Part shown: in pieces, positions 16,722 through 29,234 of the stretch
Numbering within the stretch: position 1 is the stretch's first letter
Layout: the number at the start of each line of letters is the position of its first letter
NCBI RefSeq assembly: GCF_000175255.2
Contig: NC_017262.1
Span: 630,001-662,000 of the forward strand
DNA length: 32,000 nucleotides
From: Zymomonas mobilis subsp. mobilis ATCC 10988
Lineage (GTDB): Bacteria > Pseudomonadota > Alphaproteobacteria > Sphingomonadales > Sphingomonadaceae
Direction: 5' to 3'
Program-made: the position numbers and the translations under genes
The notes under the pieces: generated by a model
Database searches by the model: none
The model's input: only the letters and a program-made list of their open reading frames with translations
What the model was told of the DNA's origin: nothing

Positions 16722-19700
16722 TTATTCAGCTGCATCCGGTGTATCCGTGTTGTCGCTTTCGATAGCGATAGTCGGCTGTTCAAAATTAACCGCCTTATTC
16801 GCAGCCCGTAAAGCAGCATCACGGCTGTTAGCTGTCACACGAAGACGCTTCATGGCAGCACCCGTTCCGGCTGGGATCAAACGACCCACAATGACGTTTT
16901 CTTTCAGACCGCTTAAGGTATCAATTTTACCCTGAACAGCGGCTTCCGTCAGAACACGCGTTGTTTCTTGGAAAGATGCGGCAGAAATGAAGCTGCGGGT
17001 CTGCAAGGATGCCTTGGTAATACCCAGCAAGATCGGCGTTGCCTGTGCTGGTTCCTGACCTTGGCTTTCCAATTTAGCATTGACCGCTTCAAAGTCTTCT
17101 TTTTCGACCTGTTCACCCGGCAAGAAGATGCTGTCACCCGCATGGGTAATTTCAACTTTCAGCAACATCTGACGAACAATCGTTTCGATATGCTTATCGT
17201 TGATTTTCACACCCTGCAGACGATACACTTCCTGAATTTCCGAAACCAGATATTCAGCCAAGGCTTCAACACCCAAGACCTCAAGAATATCATGCGGATC
17301 AGGGCTACCGCTAATCAGGTTATCACCCCGTTTAACGTGATCGCCTTCCTGCGCGTCAATAACCTTGGATTTCGGGACCAGATATTCAATCGGTTCCGAA
17401 CCATCATCCGGACGAATGATAACTTTCCGCTTGGCCTTGTAATCCTTACCGAATTCAACGCGACCGGATACTTTCGCAATGATCGCATTTTCTTTCGGCT
17501 TACGGGCTTCAAACAATTCAGCCACACGCGGAAGACCACCGGTAATATCACGGGTCTTGGCCGATTCACGGCTGACACGGGCAAGAACCGTACCGGCCAG
17601 AACTTCCTGACCATCGTCAACGGAAATAACCGTTCCTGGTGACAACATGTAACGGGCAGTCTCGCCAGAATCGCCATTCATCAAGGTCAAACGCGGACGT
17701 AAATCTTCCTTACCACGCGGGGCGCGATATTCGATAACGACACGCTGAGAAATACCGGTGGCTTCGTCAACCTGTTCGGTCAAGGTCTGGTTTTCAACCA
17801 AATCCTGATATTTAACGATACCGGCGCTTTCCGTGATAACCGGAATGGTGAACGGATCCCATTCAGCCAAACGGTCGCCCTTCTTGACCATATCACCATC
17901 GTTATGAAGGAGATGAGCACCCAAGAGAATACGGCTGGAAGCCAGCTCGCGTCCATCAGTGCCGACCAACACAACTTCACCCGTCCGGCTCAAAGCAATT
18001 TGCTTACCCTGCGGATCAATGATCGTGCGAAGATCACGGAACTGCAAACGACCGTCGGTAACGGCTTCCAAATGGGACTGTTCATTCAACTGAGCAGCAC
18101 CACCGATATGGAAGGTACGCATCGTCAACTGGGTTCCCGGTTCACCGATAGACTGGGCGGCGATAACACCGACCGCTTCACCGATATTCACCGGCGTACC
18201 ACGGGCAAGGTCACGACCATAGCAAGCGGCACAAACACCACCATGTGATTCACAGACCAATGGGCTGCGAATTTTCACAGACTGGATACCGATTTTTTCG
18301 ATAACTGCGATATGGGCTTCATCCAACAGGGTGCCGATCGGAATGGCGACCTGACCATCGGTTCCCATGATATCTTCGGCCAAAGTCCGACCCAAAATAC
18401 GTTCACCCAAGGAGGCGATAACATTACCCCCTTGCGTAATCGCTTTCATTTCAAGGGCGCGCTCGGTGCCGCAATCATCTTCAACAACAACGCAATCCTG
18501 ACTGACGTCAACCAAACGACGGGTCAGATAACCAGAGTTCGCGGTTTTCAGAGCCGTATCAGCCAGACCCTTACGGGCACCATGGGTCGAGTTAAAGTAT
18601 TCAAGGACGGTCAAACCTTCCTTAAAGTTCGAAATGATCGGGGTTTCAATGATTTCACCTGACGGTTTTGCCATCAAACCACGCATACCAGCCAGCTGTT
18701 TAATCTGGGCGGCAGAACCACGAGCACCCGAATGCGCCATCATGTAAATGGCGTTAACCGGTAATTCGCGTCCATCCGGTCCTTTATGAACCATCTGGAT
18801 TTCTTTCATCATTTCACCGGCCACGCGATCACCACAACGGGACCAAGCGTCGATGACCTTGTTGTATTTTTCCTGCTGCGTAATCAGACCATCCTGATAT
18901 TGCTGCTCGAAATCCTGAACAAGGGCGCGGGTTTCTTCGACCAAGGCTTCTTTCGCAGCCGGAACGATCATATCATCCTTACCAAAGGAGATACCGGCCT
19001 TACAGGCGTATTTAAAGCCCAAGGACATAATCGCATCAGCAAAAAGAACCGTGTCTTTCTGACCGGTGTGACGATAAACGGTATCGATAACGTCAGCGAT
19101 ATCTTTTTTCGTCAACAGACGGTTGATGGTTTCAAAAGGAACCTTGTAATTCTGCGGCAGGGTTTCACCCAACAGCATCCGACCCGGCGTGGTTTCGACC
19201 CGTTTCATATAGGTCTCGCCCTGCTCATTGACCTGCGGGACACGGCTGATAATCTTGCTGTGCAAGGTAACCGCACCCACATTCAAGGCCTGATGCACTT
19301 CCGTCATATTGGAAAGGCGCATCCCCTCACCCGGTTCATTTTCTTTCAACATTGAAAGATAATAAATACCGAGAACCATATCCTGCGACGGCACGATAAT
19401 CGGCTTACCGTTTGCCGGAGACAGAATATTGTTGGTGGACATCATCAGAACGCGGGCTTCAAGCTGCGCTTCAAGGGACAAAGGCACGTGAACGGCCATC
19501 TGGTCACCATCAAAGTCAGCATTAAAGGCCGAGCAAACCAAAGGATGAAGCTGGATAGCCTTACCTTCGATCAAAACCGGTTCAAAGGCCTGAATACCCA
19601 GACGATGCAAGGTCGGAGCGCGGTTCAACATCACCGGATGTTCGCGGATGACCTCTTCAAGGATATCCCAAACTTCTTTCCGCTCTTTTTCGACCCATTT

Positions 19701-20897
19701 CTTCGCCTGTTTCAGGGTCATTGACAGACCCTTCGCATCCAGACGCGAATAGATAAACGGCTTGAACAGCTCAAGCGCCATCTTCTTCGGCAAACCGCAC
19801 TGATGCAGTTTCAGTTCTGGGCCCGTCGTAATAACGGAACGACCGGAATAATCGACGCGTTTACCCAAAAGGTTCTGACGGAAACGACCCTGCTTCCCTT
19901 TCAGCATATCAGAAAGAGATTTCAAAGGACGCTTGTTACCGCCGGTAATCGTGCGACCACGCCGCCCGTTATCGAACAGAGCATCAACGGCTTCCTGCAA
20001 CATCCGCTTTTCGTTGCGGACGATGATATCAGGTGCCCGCAAATCCATCAGACGTTTCAGACGGTTGTTACGGTTAATAACGCGACGATAAAGATCGTTC
20101 AAATCGGAAGTCGCAAAACGACCCCCATCCAACGGCACCAAAGGACGTAATTCAGGCGGAATAACCGGAATAACTTCCAAAATCATCCATTCAGGACGGT
20201 TGCCGGATTCGATAAAGCTCTCAACGACCTTCAGTCGTTTAATGATCTTTTTCGGCTTTAATTCGGATTTGGTATGCTTCAGTTCTTCAAGCAGATCTTC
20301 GCGTTCTGTTTCAAGATCCAAGGCTTCCAAAAGCTTTTTAACCGCCTCAGCACCAATACCAGCCGAGAAGGAATCTTCGCCATATTGATCTTGCGCTTCA
20401 AGCAATTCATCTTCGGTCAGAAGCTGGAATTTCTTTAAAGGCGTCAGACCCGGCTCAATAACAATATAGCTTTCGAAATACAGCACGCGTTCAAGCTGCT
20501 TCAACTGCATATCAAGCAGAAGACCGATGCGGCTTGGCAGTGATTTCAAAAACCAAATATGGGCAACAGGCGCTGCCAATTCGATATGGCCCATCCGCTC
20601 ACGGCGCACCTTGGAAACGGTGACTTCAACGCCGCATTTTTCGCAGACAATGCCTTTATATTTCATCCGCTTGTACTTACCGCACAAGCATTCGTAATCT
20701 TTGATAGGCCCAAAAATACGAGCGCAGAAAAGACCATCCCGTTCCGGTTTAAAGGTGCGGTAATTGATCGTTTCAGGTTTCTTAATCTCGCCAAAAGACC
20801 ATGAACGGATCCGCTCGGGAGAGGCCAGACTGATCTGGATATGATCGAAATGCTCTGTACTGGCAAGCGGATTGGCAAAATTAGCTAATTCGTTCAT
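16722..20897 (-). CDS. rpoC: DNA-directed RNA polymerase subunit beta-prime
   Basis: 1391 aa with the zinc-binding CLCGKYK...CEKCGVEV, the catalytic NADFDGD, and collinear RpoC sequence throughout. Confidence 0.98.
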   Translation of the reverse strand: MNELANFANPLASTEHFDHIQISLASPERIRSWSFGEIKKPETINYRTFKPERDGLFCARIFGPIKDYECLCGKYKRMKYKGIVCEKCGVEVTVSKVRRERMGHIELAAPVAHIWFLKSLPSRIGLLLDMQLKQLERVLYFESYIVIEPGLTPLKKFQLLTEDELLEAQDQYGEDSFSAGIGAEAVKKLLEALDLETEREDLLEELKHTKSELKPKKIIKRLKVVESFIESGNRPEWMILEVIPVIPPELRPLVPLDGGRFATSDLNDLYRRVINRNNRLKRLMDLRAPDIIVRNEKRMLQEAVDALFDNGRRGRTITGGNKRPLKSLSDMLKGKQGRFRQNLLGKRVDYSGRSVITTGPELKLHQCGLPKKMALELFKPFIYSRLDAKGLSMTLKQAKKWVEKERKEVWDILEEVIREHPVMLNRAPTLHRLGIQAFEPVLIEGKAIQLHPLVCSAFNADFDGDQMAVHVPLSLEAQLEARVLMMSTNNILSPANGKPIIVPSQDMVLGIYYLSMLKENEPGEGMRLSNMTEVHQALNVGAVTLHSKIISRVPQVNEQGETYMKRVETTPGRMLLGETLPQNYKVPFETINRLLTKKDIADVIDTVYRHTGQKDTVLFADAIMSLGFKYACKAGISFGKDDMIVPAAKEALVEETRALVQDFEQQYQDGLITQQEKYNKVIDAWSRCGDRVAGEMMKEIQMVHKGPDGRELPVNAIYMMAHSGARGSAAQIKQLAGMRGLMAKPSGEIIETPIISNFKEGLTVLEYFNSTHGARKGLADTALKTANSGYLTRRLVDVSQDCVVVEDDCGTERALEMKAITQGGNVIASLGERILGRTLAEDIMGTDGQVAIPIGTLLDEAHIAVIEKIGIQSVKIRSPLVCESHGGVCAACYGRDLARGTPVNIGEAVGVIAAQSIGEPGTQLTMRTFHIGGAAQLNEQSHLEAVTDGRLQFRDLRTIIDPQGKQIALSRTGEVVLVGTDGRELASSRILLGAHLLHNDGDMVKKGDRLAEWDPFTIPVITESAGIVKYQDLVENQTLTEQVDEATGISQRVVIEYRAPRGKEDLRPRLTLMNGDSGETARYMLSPGTVISVDDGQEVLAGTVLARVSRESAKTRDITGGLPRVAELFEARKPKENAIIAKVSGRVEFGKDYKAKRKVIIRPDDGSEPIEYLVPKSKVIDAQEGDHVKRGDNLISGSPDPHDILEVLGVEALAEYLVSEIQEVYRLQGVKINDKHIETIVRQMLLKVEITHAGDSIFLPGEQVEKEDFEAVNAKLESQGQEPAQATPILLGITKASLQTRSFISAASFQETTRVLTEAAVQGKIDTLSGLKENVIVGRLIPAGTGAAMKRLRVTANSRDAALRAANKAVNFEQPTIAIESDNTDTPDAAE

Positions 20898-20979
20898 TCT
20901 TCATCCCTCAGAAAGGGTCAACAAATAAGGCAGCCTTCTGCGGTGCAGTCGAAACCGCACCGCATCAAAAGACCAGCCT

Positions 20980-23900
20980 CTATTCAGCGGCTACCTGAAA
21001 ACTGCTATCGTCTTCGTCTTTTGCCTTGGAGGTTTTCAGCTCGACATTCAGACCCAGACTATGCATTTCCTTGACAAGCACGTTGAAGCTTTCAGGAATA
21101 CCGGCCTCGAAAGTATCATCACCCTTGACGATAGCTTCGTAAACCTTGGTACGACCGACAACGTCATCTGACTTAACGGTCAACATTTCCTGCAAGGTAT
21201 AAGCAGCACCATAAGCCTGCAATGCCCAGACTTCCATTTCACCAAAGCGCTGACCACCGAACTGTGCTTTACCGCCCAACGGCTGCTGGGTGACAAGGCT
21301 GTAGGGGCCGATGGAACGAGCATGGATTTTGTCATCAACCAAATGGTGCAATTTCAGCATATAAATATAGCCGACAGTCACCTTTCGATCGAATTGCTCA
21401 CCCGTCCGTCCATCATATAATTCAACCTGTCCAGAGTCATCCAGACCAGCCAAATTCAGCATTTCAGAAATATCTTCCGGCTTGGCACCATCAAAGACTG
21501 GCGTTGCCATCGGCACACCATTTCTTAACAGACCCGCCATTTCGACGATTTCTCTGTCTTCACGGCTCTTGATGTCTTCGGCATATTTTTCGCCATAGAC
21601 TTCAATCATCCGTTCTCTGACAACTTCTGGTGGTGAGAAATCCCATTCATAGCGGTCGACATTAGCTTCGCGCCATTCTTCCAAAGCTGTCCGGACTTTC
21701 GCCCCAAGACCACGCGCAGCCCAACCTAAATGCGTCTCGAATATCTGTCCGATATTCATACGGCTAGGCACACCTAACGGGTTCAGAACGATATCAACCG
21801 GCGTTCCATCAGCAAGGAACGGCATGTCTTCGGCAGGCAGAATACGACTGATAACACCCTTGTTACCATGACGACCGGCCATCTTATCACCTGGCTGAAG
21901 CTTACGCTTCACGGCAACAAAGACCTTGACCATTTTCAAGACGCCTGGCGGTAACTCGTCACCACGCTGTGCTTTTTCAACGCGATCTTCAAAGCGCTTC
22001 CGAATAGCTTCATCTGCACTGTCATACTGGTTCTTGATCGCTTCCAATTCTGCCTGGCGGGCATCATCTTCAACAGCGAATTTGAACCATTTATGCGGTT
22101 CGACAGAAGCCAGCGTCTCGATATCGATTCTGGCACCCTTAACGATATGCTTATAAGGCGCAGCGGCTACCGTCTGACCAAGCAGTTTTTCCTGAAGCTG
22201 AGCATAGGTTGCCCGATTTAGAATAGCCCGCTCGTCTTCACGATCTTTCGTCAGACGCTCGATTTCTTCGCGCTCAATAGCCATGGCGCGTTCGTCTTTG
22301 TCGACACCATGACGGTTAAAGACGCGAACATCAACAATCGTCCCAGCAACACCCGGAGGCAGACGCAAAGAGGTATCACGAACATCCGAGGCTTTTTCAC
22401 CAAAGATCGCCCGCAACAACTTTTCTTCCGGCGTCATCGGGCTTTCACCCTTTGGCGTGATCTTACCGACCAAAATGTCGCCCGGCTGAACTTCTGCACC
22501 GATGTAAACGATACCCGCTTCATCCAAATTGCGGAGAGCATCCTCACCGACATTCGGAATATCACGTGTGATATCTTCCGGCCCCAGCTTGGTATCACGA
22601 GCCATCACTTCGAATTCATCAATATGAATCGAGGTAAAGACGTCGTCTTTCACAATCCGTTCGGAAATCAGGATGGAATCTTCGTAGTTGTAACCATTCC
22701 ACGGCATAAAGGCGACGAGTACGTTCCGCCCCAATGCCAGTTCACCCAATTCCGTGGACGGGCCATCAGCCAAAACGTCACCGGCATTCACATAGTCACC
22801 GACGCTGACCAACGGACGCTGGTTAATGCAGGTTGACTGGTTAGAACGCTGGAATTTCATCAAGCGATAAATATCGACACCGGGTTTACCGGCTTCGATT
22901 TCACCCGTGGTGCGGATAACAATACGAGAAGCATCGACCTGATCGACGATACCAGCACGGCGTGCCGAAATCGCAGCTCCAGAATCGCGAGCAACCGTTT
23001 CTTCCATACCGGTGCCAACAAACGGCGCTTCAGCACGTACCAAAGGCACGGCCTGACGTTGCATGTTGGAACCCATCAAAGCGCGGTTAGCGTCATCGTT
23101 TTCAAGGAATGGGATCAAGGAGGCAGCGACCGAAACCAACTGTTTCGGGCTAACGTCCATCAAAGTGATCTGTTCGCGAGGTGCCATCAAAAATTCACCG
23201 GCTTCACGAGCAGAAACCAGTTCTTCGACGAAATGACCTTCTGCGTCCAATTCTGCGTTGGCCTGAGCCACCGTATAGCGGCTTTCTTCCATCGCAGAGA
23301 GGTAGATAACTTCATTTGTTACCTTGTGATCGACAACCTTACGATAAGGCGTTTCGATAAAACCGTATTTGTTAATACGGCTAAAGGTAGCAAGAGAGTT
23401 AATCAGACCAATATTCGGGCCTTCAGGCGTTTCAATTGGGCAGATACGACCATAATGGGTCGGATGGACATCTCGGACTTCAAAGCCTGCACGCTCACGG
23501 GTAAGACCACCCGGGCCCAAAGCCGAAACACGACGCTTATGCGTGACTTCGGAAAGGGGATTGGTCTGATCCATAAACTGGGACAGCTGCGAAGAACCGA
23601 AGAATTCGCGAACCGCAGCCACCGCCGGTTTGGCGTTGATCAGATCATTTGGCATGACGGTCGAAACGTCAACAGAGGACATACGCTCTTTAACAGCGCG
23701 TTCCATCCGCAACAGACCAACACGATACTGATTTTCTAACAGCTCACCGACTGAACGGACGCGACGGTTACCAAGGTTATCGATATCATCGACTTCGCCC
23801 TTGCCGTCTTTCAGATCGACCAGCGTTTTCACAACGGCCAGAATATCTTCTGCTCGCAAGGTCGTAACCGTATCAGGACAATCGAGATCAAGGCGCATAT

Positions 23901-25152
23901 TCAGCTTGACGCGACCGACAGCCGAAAGGTCATAGCGTTCTGGATCAAAGAACAAGCCATAGAAAAGCGCTTCTGCGGTTTCCTTCGTTGGCGGCTCACC
24001 AGGACGCATTACCCGATAGATTTCAGCCAAAGCATGATCGCGATCTTCAGCTTTATCGGCTTTCAAAGTGTTACGGATCCAAGGACCGGTGGAAACATGG
24101 TCGATATCCAACAACTCAAGCGTTGCGACACCGGCATTATCCAGCAATTCCAGATTTTCTGGCGTTACTTCGTCGCCCGCTTCAATCCAGATACGACCCG
24201 TTGATTCATCGATAACATCATAAGCGGCATAATGACCGTAGATTTCTTCAGTCGGAATCAGCAAGGTTTCCAGGCCATCGCGGCCAGCCTTATTGGCAGC
24301 GCGGGGCGAAATCTTCTGTCCGGCAGGGAAAACAACTTCACCGGTATCGCCATTGATGATGTCAAAGAACGGCTTCCGTCCACGCCAGCTTTCAGCGACA
24401 TAAGGCACTTTCCAGCCGCCATCACCACGCACAAAAGTGATCGTGTTATAGAAATGGTGCAGGATTTGTTCGGCATTCAAACCCAAAGCATAAAGCAGGG
24501 TCGTGACCGGCAATTTGCGTTTACGGTCGATACGAACATTGACGATATCTTTCGCGTCAAATTCGAAATCCAACCATGAACCACGATAAGGAATAACGCG
24601 CGCGGCAAACAGGAATTTACCGGAAGAATGGGTTTTGCCTTTATCATGGTCAAACAGAACACCCGGACTACGGTGCATCTGGCTGACGATAACGCGCTCG
24701 GTACCATTGATAAAGAAGGTGCCGTTCCGCGTCATGAGCGGCATGTCGCCCATATAGACATCCTGCTCTTTAATATCGAGAACAGAACGCGTTTCCGTGT
24801 CAGGATCAACTTCAAATACGATCAGACGCAAGGTAACCCGCATCGGAGCCGCATAGGTAATGCCCCGCTGACGGCATTCATCGACGTCAAACTTTGGTTC
24901 TTCCAACTCATACTGGACAAAATCCAGTTCTGCTACACCGCCGAAATCACGGATCGGAAAAACAGAACGCAGAGTTTTTTCCAACCCTGAAACATATCCG
25001 TCCTCAGGGCGAGAACGCAGAAAGTTTTCGTAACTATCACGCTGAACTTCGATAAGGTTCGGCATATCCACAACTTCATGGATATTACCAAACATTTTGC
25101 GAATACGTTTTTTTACACTCGCGTGGCCGATAGCAGATGCCTTGGTCGCCAT
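20980..25152 (-). CDS. rpoB: DNA-directed RNA polymerase subunit beta
   Basis: Collinear RpoB sequence (rifampicin-cluster region ...[32 protein letters not shown]...). I chose ATG 25152 (MATKAS...) because it is preceded by GAGGA; the track's 25185 start adds 11 unlikely codons. Confidence 0.97.
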   Translation of the reverse strand: MATKASAIGHASVKKRIRKMFGNIHEVVDMPNLIEVQRDSYENFLRSRPEDGYVSGLEKTLRSVFPIRDFGGVAELDFVQYELEEPKFDVDECRQRGITYAAPMRVTLRLIVFEVDPDTETRSVLDIKEQDVYMGDMPLMTRNGTFFINGTERVIVSQMHRSPGVLFDHDKGKTHSSGKFLFAARVIPYRGSWLDFEFDAKDIVNVRIDRKRKLPVTTLLYALGLNAEQILHHFYNTITFVRGDGGWKVPYVAESWRGRKPFFDIINGDTGEVVFPAGQKISPRAANKAGRDGLETLLIPTEEIYGHYAAYDVIDESTGRIWIEAGDEVTPENLELLDNAGVATLELLDIDHVSTGPWIRNTLKADKAEDRDHALAEIYRVMRPGEPPTKETAEALFYGLFFDPERYDLSAVGRVKLNMRLDLDCPDTVTTLRAEDILAVVKTLVDLKDGKGEVDDIDNLGNRRVRSVGELLENQYRVGLLRMERAVKERMSSVDVSTVMPNDLINAKPAVAAVREFFGSSQLSQFMDQTNPLSEVTHKRRVSALGPGGLTRERAGFEVRDVHPTHYGRICPIETPEGPNIGLINSLATFSRINKYGFIETPYRKVVDHKVTNEVIYLSAMEESRYTVAQANAELDAEGHFVEELVSAREAGEFLMAPREQITLMDVSPKQLVSVAASLIPFLENDDANRALMGSNMQRQAVPLVRAEAPFVGTGMEETVARDSGAAISARRAGIVDQVDASRIVIRTTGEIEAGKPGVDIYRLMKFQRSNQSTCINQRPLVSVGDYVNAGDVLADGPSTELGELALGRNVLVAFMPWNGYNYEDSILISERIVKDDVFTSIHIDEFEVMARDTKLGPEDITRDIPNVGEDALRNLDEAGIVYIGAEVQPGDILVGKITPKGESPMTPEEKLLRAIFGEKASDVRDTSLRLPPGVAGTIVDVRVFNRHGVDKDERAMAIEREEIERLTKDREDERAILNRATYAQLQEKLLGQTVAAAPYKHIVKGARIDIETLASVEPHKWFKFAVEDDARQAELEAIKNQYDSADEAIRKRFEDRVEKAQRGDELPPGVLKMVKVFVAVKRKLQPGDKMAGRHGNKGVISRILPAEDMPFLADGTPVDIVLNPLGVPSRMNIGQIFETHLGWAARGLGAKVRTALEEWREANVDRYEWDFSPPEVVRERMIEVYGEKYAEDIKSREDREIVEMAGLLRNGVPMATPVFDGAKPEDISEMLNLAGLDDSGQVELYDGRTGEQFDRKVTVGYIYMLKLHHLVDDKIHARSIGPYSLVTQQPLGGKAQFGGQRFGEMEVWALQAYGAAYTLQEMLTVKSDDVVGRTKVYEAIVKGDDTFEAGIPESFNVLVKEMHSLGLNVELKTSKAKDEDDSSFQVAAE

Positions 25153-25590
25153 ATAATCCTCACGCTTCACAACCAGCCGCCCCATAGGGGCAGATTCCAG
25201 CCGATAAAAAATTCTTGTTCAGAGTGAATAAAAATATTTTTACCGGTTTTGGCCGAATGCCTTATGCACATTACTATAGACAACAAAAAGCCGCGACACA
25301 TCTTCGGTATCGCAGCTGTCAGCGTCATTTTCCTGATGTTTTCTATTCTGAGATCCCTGCGCAACTTGGATCCTGTCCCGAAAAACAAGCAGGTAGCCTC
25401 GCCTTTTCAAGGTAGAGGCTTTTTAGATGGGATAAATATAGGGATGTTGTTGGAAATTGTCGAGAGCCAAAAACAATTTTTTAAAAACAATCTATCAGAT
25501 CATTTCAATAGCGAATTTGATCAAGTTTCCACTCAAAGAAATACTGTAACCAGATACCGCTCAAACCATCATAAACGCCCCTGCCCCAAA

Positions 25591-25621
25591 CAAAAAAAGG
25601 CGGCCATAAAAGACCGCCTTC
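25591..25621 (-). terminator. Hairpin plus U-tract just downstream of rplL: candidate partial terminator/attenuator ahead of rpoBC
   Basis: The minus strand reads AAGGCGG-tcttttatgg-CCGCCTT-TTTTTTG, about 27 nt after the rplL stop. An attenuator in the rplL-rpoB spacer is established for E. coli. Confidence 0.55.
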
Positions 25622-25647
25622 TTTACCAAAGAAACTTTTAAAAAAGC

Positions 25648-26019
25648 TTACTTCAGTTCAACCGTTGCACCGGCTGCTTCAAGCTGCTTTTTCAGCTTTT
25701 CAGCTTCGTCTTTAGCAACGCCTTCTTTGACGGGCTTCGGAGCACCTTCAACAAGGGCTTTAGCATCCGTCAGGCCAAGACCGGTGATGGCGCGGATTTC
25801 TTTAATGACGTTGATTTTCTTGCCACCGTCGCCGGTGAGGATGACGTCAAATTCGGTCTTTTCTTCAGCGGCAGCGCCACCAGCAGCAGGAGCAGCAGCA
25901 ACTGCAACAGCGGCAGAAGCGGAAACGCCCCATTTTTCTTCCAACAGCTTGGAAAGTTCAGCTGCTTCAAGAACGGTCAGCGCAGACAGATCTTCAACGA
26001 TTTTTGCTAAATCAGCCAT
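25648..26019 (-). CDS. rplL: 50S ribosomal protein L7/L12
   Basis: 123 aa with an Ala-rich hinge and a C-terminal domain ...[34 protein letters not shown]... Confidence 0.97.
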   Translation of the reverse strand: MADLAKIVEDLSALTVLEAAELSKLLEEKWGVSASAAVAVAAAPAAGGAAAEEKTEFDVILTGDGGKKINVIKEIRAITGLGLTDAKALVEGAPKPVKEGVAKDEAEKLKKQLEAAGATVELK

Positions 26020-26076
26020 GATTAACTCCGTAACGGGACAACATATCCCGTGGTTTCAGTTGTTTACTCAAAAAAA

Positions 26077-26592
26077 TTAAGCCGCGTCTTTGGCAGCATA
26101 TGCACCAAATACACGAGCGAGCTGTCCGGCCGGAGCCTGAATGGTCTGCGCGATTTTGGTTGCAGGTGCACTGATAAGACCCACAATTTTGCCACGCAGC
26201 TCGTCCAGAGACGGCAGTTCAGCTAATGCTTGCACACCAGCAATGTCGAGGAGGGTGGTACCCATGACCGCGCCGACGATTTCCAACTTTTTGTTGGTCT
26301 TCGCAAATTCGACAGCTACTTTAGCAGCAGCTACCGGATCGGCGGACGTGGCAATTGCCGTCGGACCCGTCAGTAAATCACTGAGAGGAGCCTGCGGCGT
26401 TCCTTCGACTGCAATGCGGGTGAGCTTGTTCTTAGCTACTTTGAAGCTAGCACCGGCTTCGCGCATTTTTGACCGAAGCACAGTGGACTGTGCAACCGTC
26501 AGGCCGAGGTTGCGGGTGACAACAATGACACCTGCTTCGGCAAACGCACTTTTAAGACCGGCAACCAGCTCAACTTTTTGAGCTCGTTCCAT
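26077..26592 (-). CDS. rplJ: 50S ribosomal protein L10
   Basis: 171 aa, with an L10-like N-terminus [17 protein letters not shown]... It sits immediately upstream of rplL. Confidence 0.97.
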   Translation of the reverse strand: MERAQKVELVAGLKSAFAEAGVIVVTRNLGLTVAQSTVLRSKMREAGASFKVAKNKLTRIAVEGTPQAPLSDLLTGPTAIATSADPVAAAKVAVEFAKTNKKLEIVGAVMGTTLLDIAGVQALAELPSLDELRGKIVGLISAPATKIAQTIQAPAGQLARVFGAYAAKDAA

Positions 26593-26856
26593 GCCTCACT
26601 CCTTATACGTTACCTTAATGACCATCCATTAAGGCATTAAAGTTCACAGATAAAATACGCTATCTGCTCCCTTTTGTCCGTGGGGCTCGGCAACCAATCC
26701 TTTACAGGTTGGTAAACACTGAAACCCCGTCTATGCGGGCGATTAAGATAGAATAACTATCTCCCGCAGTCTCGGACGGCACTGGTTCCGGATAGAAAGC
26801 CTATCCGGAACAAACTTTAAATTCGAACAGGTCTTTAATCAAAGACTTGTCAAAGA
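26593..26856 (-). promoter_or_regulatory. rplA-rplJ spacer: probable rplJL promoter and L10 autoregulatory leader region
   Basis: A 264-nt non-coding spacer with several stems, including a perfect 11-bp hairpin at 26785-26811. L10(L12)4 feedback on an rplJ leader is established in other bacteria. I have not folded or matched this to a covariance model. Confidence 0.4.
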
Positions 26857-27558
26857 TCAAGCCGCTGCAGGCAGGTCAGCAATATCAATGCTGACACCCG
26901 GGCCCATCGTGGAAGAAATAGCGACTTTCTTCACATAACGACCTTTGGCGCCGGCTGGTTTAGCCTTCAGCAGAGCATCAATCAAAGCGTCGAAATTGGC
27001 GCGGATATCTTCAGCAGAGAAGCTAGCCTTGCCAATACCGCTGTGGATGATACCGGTGCGATCAACACGATATTCAACCTGACCACCCTTGGCTGCTTTA
27101 ACAGCGTCAGCAACATTCATCGTTACCGTGCCAAGTTTCGGGTTCGGCATCATGCCTTTCGGGCCCAGGATTTTACCCAGACGACCGACAACACCCATCA
27201 TGTCCGGCGTTGCAATACAACGATCGAAATCAATGCTGCCGCCCTGAATGGCTTCCATCAGGTCTTCTGCACCGACAACTTCTGCACCAGCAGCCTTAGC
27301 TTCTTCAGCTTTCGGGCCACGGGCGAAAACACCGACGCGAACATTTTTACCGGTGCCCTTCGGCAAGGTAACAACACCACGAACCATCTGATCAGCGTGA
27401 CGCGGATCAACACCCAAATTGACGGCCAGTTCAATGGTTTCGTCAAATTTGGAGGTCGCATATTCGCGAACCAGAGCGATAGCTTCAGCTACAGTGTAGA
27501 GCTTGTTCTTATCGACAGCGGCTGCAATAGCCTTCGCTTTTTTCGAGAGTTTAGCCAT
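26857..27558 (-). CDS. rplA: 50S ribosomal protein L1
   Basis: 233 aa, with an L1-like sequence (…[23 protein letters not shown]…). It starts 4 nt after rplK. Confidence 0.97.
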   Translation of the reverse strand: MAKLSKKAKAIAAAVDKNKLYTVAEAIALVREYATSKFDETIELAVNLGVDPRHADQMVRGVVTLPKGTGKNVRVGVFARGPKAEEAKAAGAEVVGAEDLMEAIQGGSIDFDRCIATPDMMGVVGRLGKILGPKGMMPNPKLGTVTMNVADAVKAAKGGQVEYRVDRTGIIHSGIGKASFSAEDIRANFDALIDALLKAKPAGAKGRYVKKVAISSTMGPGVSIDIADLPAAA

Positions 27559-27562
27559 GTGA

Positions 27563-27994
27563 TTAGCCCTCCACTACTTCGAGGCCCATTGCACGGGCAG
27601 AACCTTCGATGATGCGCGTAGCTGCTTCAACATCATTGGCATTAAGATCAGGCATTTTGGTGTTGGCGATTTCGACGATCTGAGAACGCTTGATCTTACC
27701 AGCAACAGCCTTACCGGGTTCTTTCGAACCAGATTTCAGGTTGATCGCTTTTTTCAAAAGGTAAGAAACTGGCGGCATCTTGCTTTCGAAAGAGAAAGAA
27801 CGATCAGCATAAACGGTGATGATCGTCGGCAACGGGGTGCCCGGTTCCATGCCCTGCGATTTAGCATTAAATGCCTTGCAGAATTCCATGATGTTGACAC
27901 CGCGCTGACCCAAAGCCGGGCCGATTGGCGGACTTGGATTAGCTTTACCTGCCGGCACTTGCAGCTTGATATAGCCGGTAATTTTTTTTGCCAT
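27563..27994 (-). CDS. rplK: 50S ribosomal protein L11
   Basis: 143 aa; [44 protein letters not shown] is the L11 signature. Confidence 0.97.
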   Translation of the reverse strand: MAKKITGYIKLQVPAGKANPSPPIGPALGQRGVNIMEFCKAFNAKSQGMEPGTPLPTIITVYADRSFSFESKMPPVSYLLKKAINLKSGSKEPGKAVAGKIKRSQIVEIANTKMPDLNANDVEAATRIIEGSARAMGLEVVEG

Positions 27995-28080
27995 TTTATC
28001 ACCCTTTTCAGGTTAAGCGGTTGACGATGACCCCCATGGCCACCTCCCGCAACAGGTCTTTATAAAAAAACCTGAATTAC

Positions 28081-28620
28081 TTATTCGGCGCGTTCTACCT
28101 GCTCGAATTCTAATTCAACAGGGGTTGCACGACCAAAAATAGAAACGGAAACTTTAACTCTGGCACGATCAAAATCGAGATCTTCAACAACGCCATTAAA
28201 GCTGGCGAAGGGACCTTCCAAAACTTTGACCTGATCGCCGATTTCAAAATCGACTTTAATCTGTGCTTTTTTACCCGCAACTTCGGCTTCAGCCTTGCGG
28301 TTCAAGATATGCTCGGCTTCGGCATCGCTAATCGGTTGTGGCTTACCAGAAAAGCCAAGAAACCCCGTAACTTTCGGGGTGTTTTTAACCAAGTGATAAA
28401 CGTCTTCGTTCATATTCAGCTTGGCAAGGACATATCCCGGGAAGCATTTGCGCTCAACAGCCACTTTTTTACCACGACGGACTTCAACAGCCTGCTCGGT
28501 TGGAACTTCAATAGCTTCCACCAACGGCTGGAGCCCAAGACGTTCAGCTTCGGCAGCAACAGCTTCTTTTACTTTATTTTCAAAACCGGAATAAGCGTGA
28601 ATAATATACCAGCGAGACAT
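28081..28620 (-). CDS. nusG: Transcription termination/antitermination factor NusG
   Basis: 179 aa with the NGN domain WYIIHAYSGFENKV and the C-terminal KOW FEIGDQVKVLEGPFASFNGVV. Confidence 0.97.
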   Translation of the reverse strand: MSRWYIIHAYSGFENKVKEAVAAEAERLGLQPLVEAIEVPTEQAVEVRRGKKVAVERKCFPGYVLAKLNMNEDVYHLVKNTPKVTGFLGFSGKPQPISDAEAEHILNRKAEAEVAGKKAQIKVDFEIGDQVKVLEGPFASFNGVVEDLDFDRARVKVSVSIFGRATPVELEFEQVERAE

Positions 28621-28635
28621 GAAACCAAAAATCCT

Positions 28636-28833
28636 TTAAGCCAGAAGCGACAGGAGAAGTCGAACAACATGGCTGAAAGCTGCGTCGACAGCAAAGAAAA
28701 AGACACCAAGCAAAATAGCCATGATAGCTACCATGACAGCGGTCATGACCGTTTCACGTCTGCTTGGCCATACTACTTTAGCAGTTTCGGCCCGAACCTG
28801 CCGAAAGAATTCGGCCGGTGTTATTTTGGCCAT
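28636..28833 (-). CDS. secE: Preprotein translocase subunit SecE
   Basis: 65 aa with a single C-terminal TM helix and a KVVWPSRRE motif. It lies in the canonical position between tRNA-Trp and nusG. Confidence 0.9.
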   Translation of the reverse strand: MAKITPAEFFRQVRAETAKVVWPSRRETVMTAVMVAIMAILLGVFFFAVDAAFSHVVRLLLSLLA

Positions 28834-28932
28834 CTATGCCTCCAGGCTGAAAATCCGTTTATTTGACGCAGTTGGCTAGATTTCAAATCAGCCTTGCCTA
28901 AATTTTGTCGCGTTACCTAGACTACCGAAAAA

Positions 28933-29008
28933 TGGCAGGAGCGGAGGGACTCGAACCCACGGCCCTCGGTTTTGGAGACCGATGCTCTACCAACTGAGCT
29001 ACACTCCT
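28933..29008 (-). tRNA. trnW: tRNA-Trp (anticodon CCA), 76 nt, with the 3' CCA encoded
   Basis: The reverse complement AGGAGTGTAGCTCAGTTGGTAGAGCATCGGTCTCCAAAACCGAGGGCCGTGGGTTCGAGTCCCTCCGCTCCTGCCA folds by hand into a cloverleaf. It has a 7-bp acceptor stem, a 4-bp D stem, a 5-bp anticodon stem with loop CT-CCA-AA, and a T arm with the TTCGAGT loop. Confidence 0.95.
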
Positions 29009-29234
29009 AGGGTAACGGAGGTCGCGTAATAACCGGACAAAATAATAAAAGCAAGAGTCTATTCAAAAAATCCCTGCCAAATTATTATCTGAAGCCGTTT
29101 CAAAAGAACCAAACCTCTTTTTAGGCTCTTTTAAAGCAAACTCCAAATCACATCCTGTCCATCAAAAGCGATCTTACGCTTGATAGCAAGCTTTTTCCAA
29201 CTTTGCAGAAAGCCTTTTTCATCTCACAAGACAT

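Noticed and set aside
16968-24990. Many long plus-strand ORFs (up to 226 aa: 16968..17642, 18786..19355, 22309..22836, 23059..23739 and others) inside rpoC and rpoB
   Set aside because: All are antisense to unmistakable rpoB/rpoC coding sequence. Their translations are low-complexity (rich in R, T, N, F, Q) with no recognisable motifs. These are typical shadow ORFs opposite highly codon-biased genes.
25249-25641. 130-codon plus-strand ORF (TTG start) filling the rplL-rpoB spacer, with one hydrophobic stretch
   Set aside because: It has a TTG start without an SD and runs straight through the rplL terminator hairpin. Its composition looks non-coding, and a gene antisense between rplL and rpoB would be very unusual. 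I treated it as leader RNA (see the spacer finding) but cannot fully exclude it.
28933-29008. tRNA-Trp T-stem U50-U64 mismatch and a T6-G67 wobble as signs of a tRNA pseudogene
   Set aside because: The rest of the cloverleaf, the conserved D and T loop residues, the anticodon loop and the encoded CCA are intact. It also occupies the canonical secE-nusG upstream position. A single mismatch is compatible with a functional tRNA.
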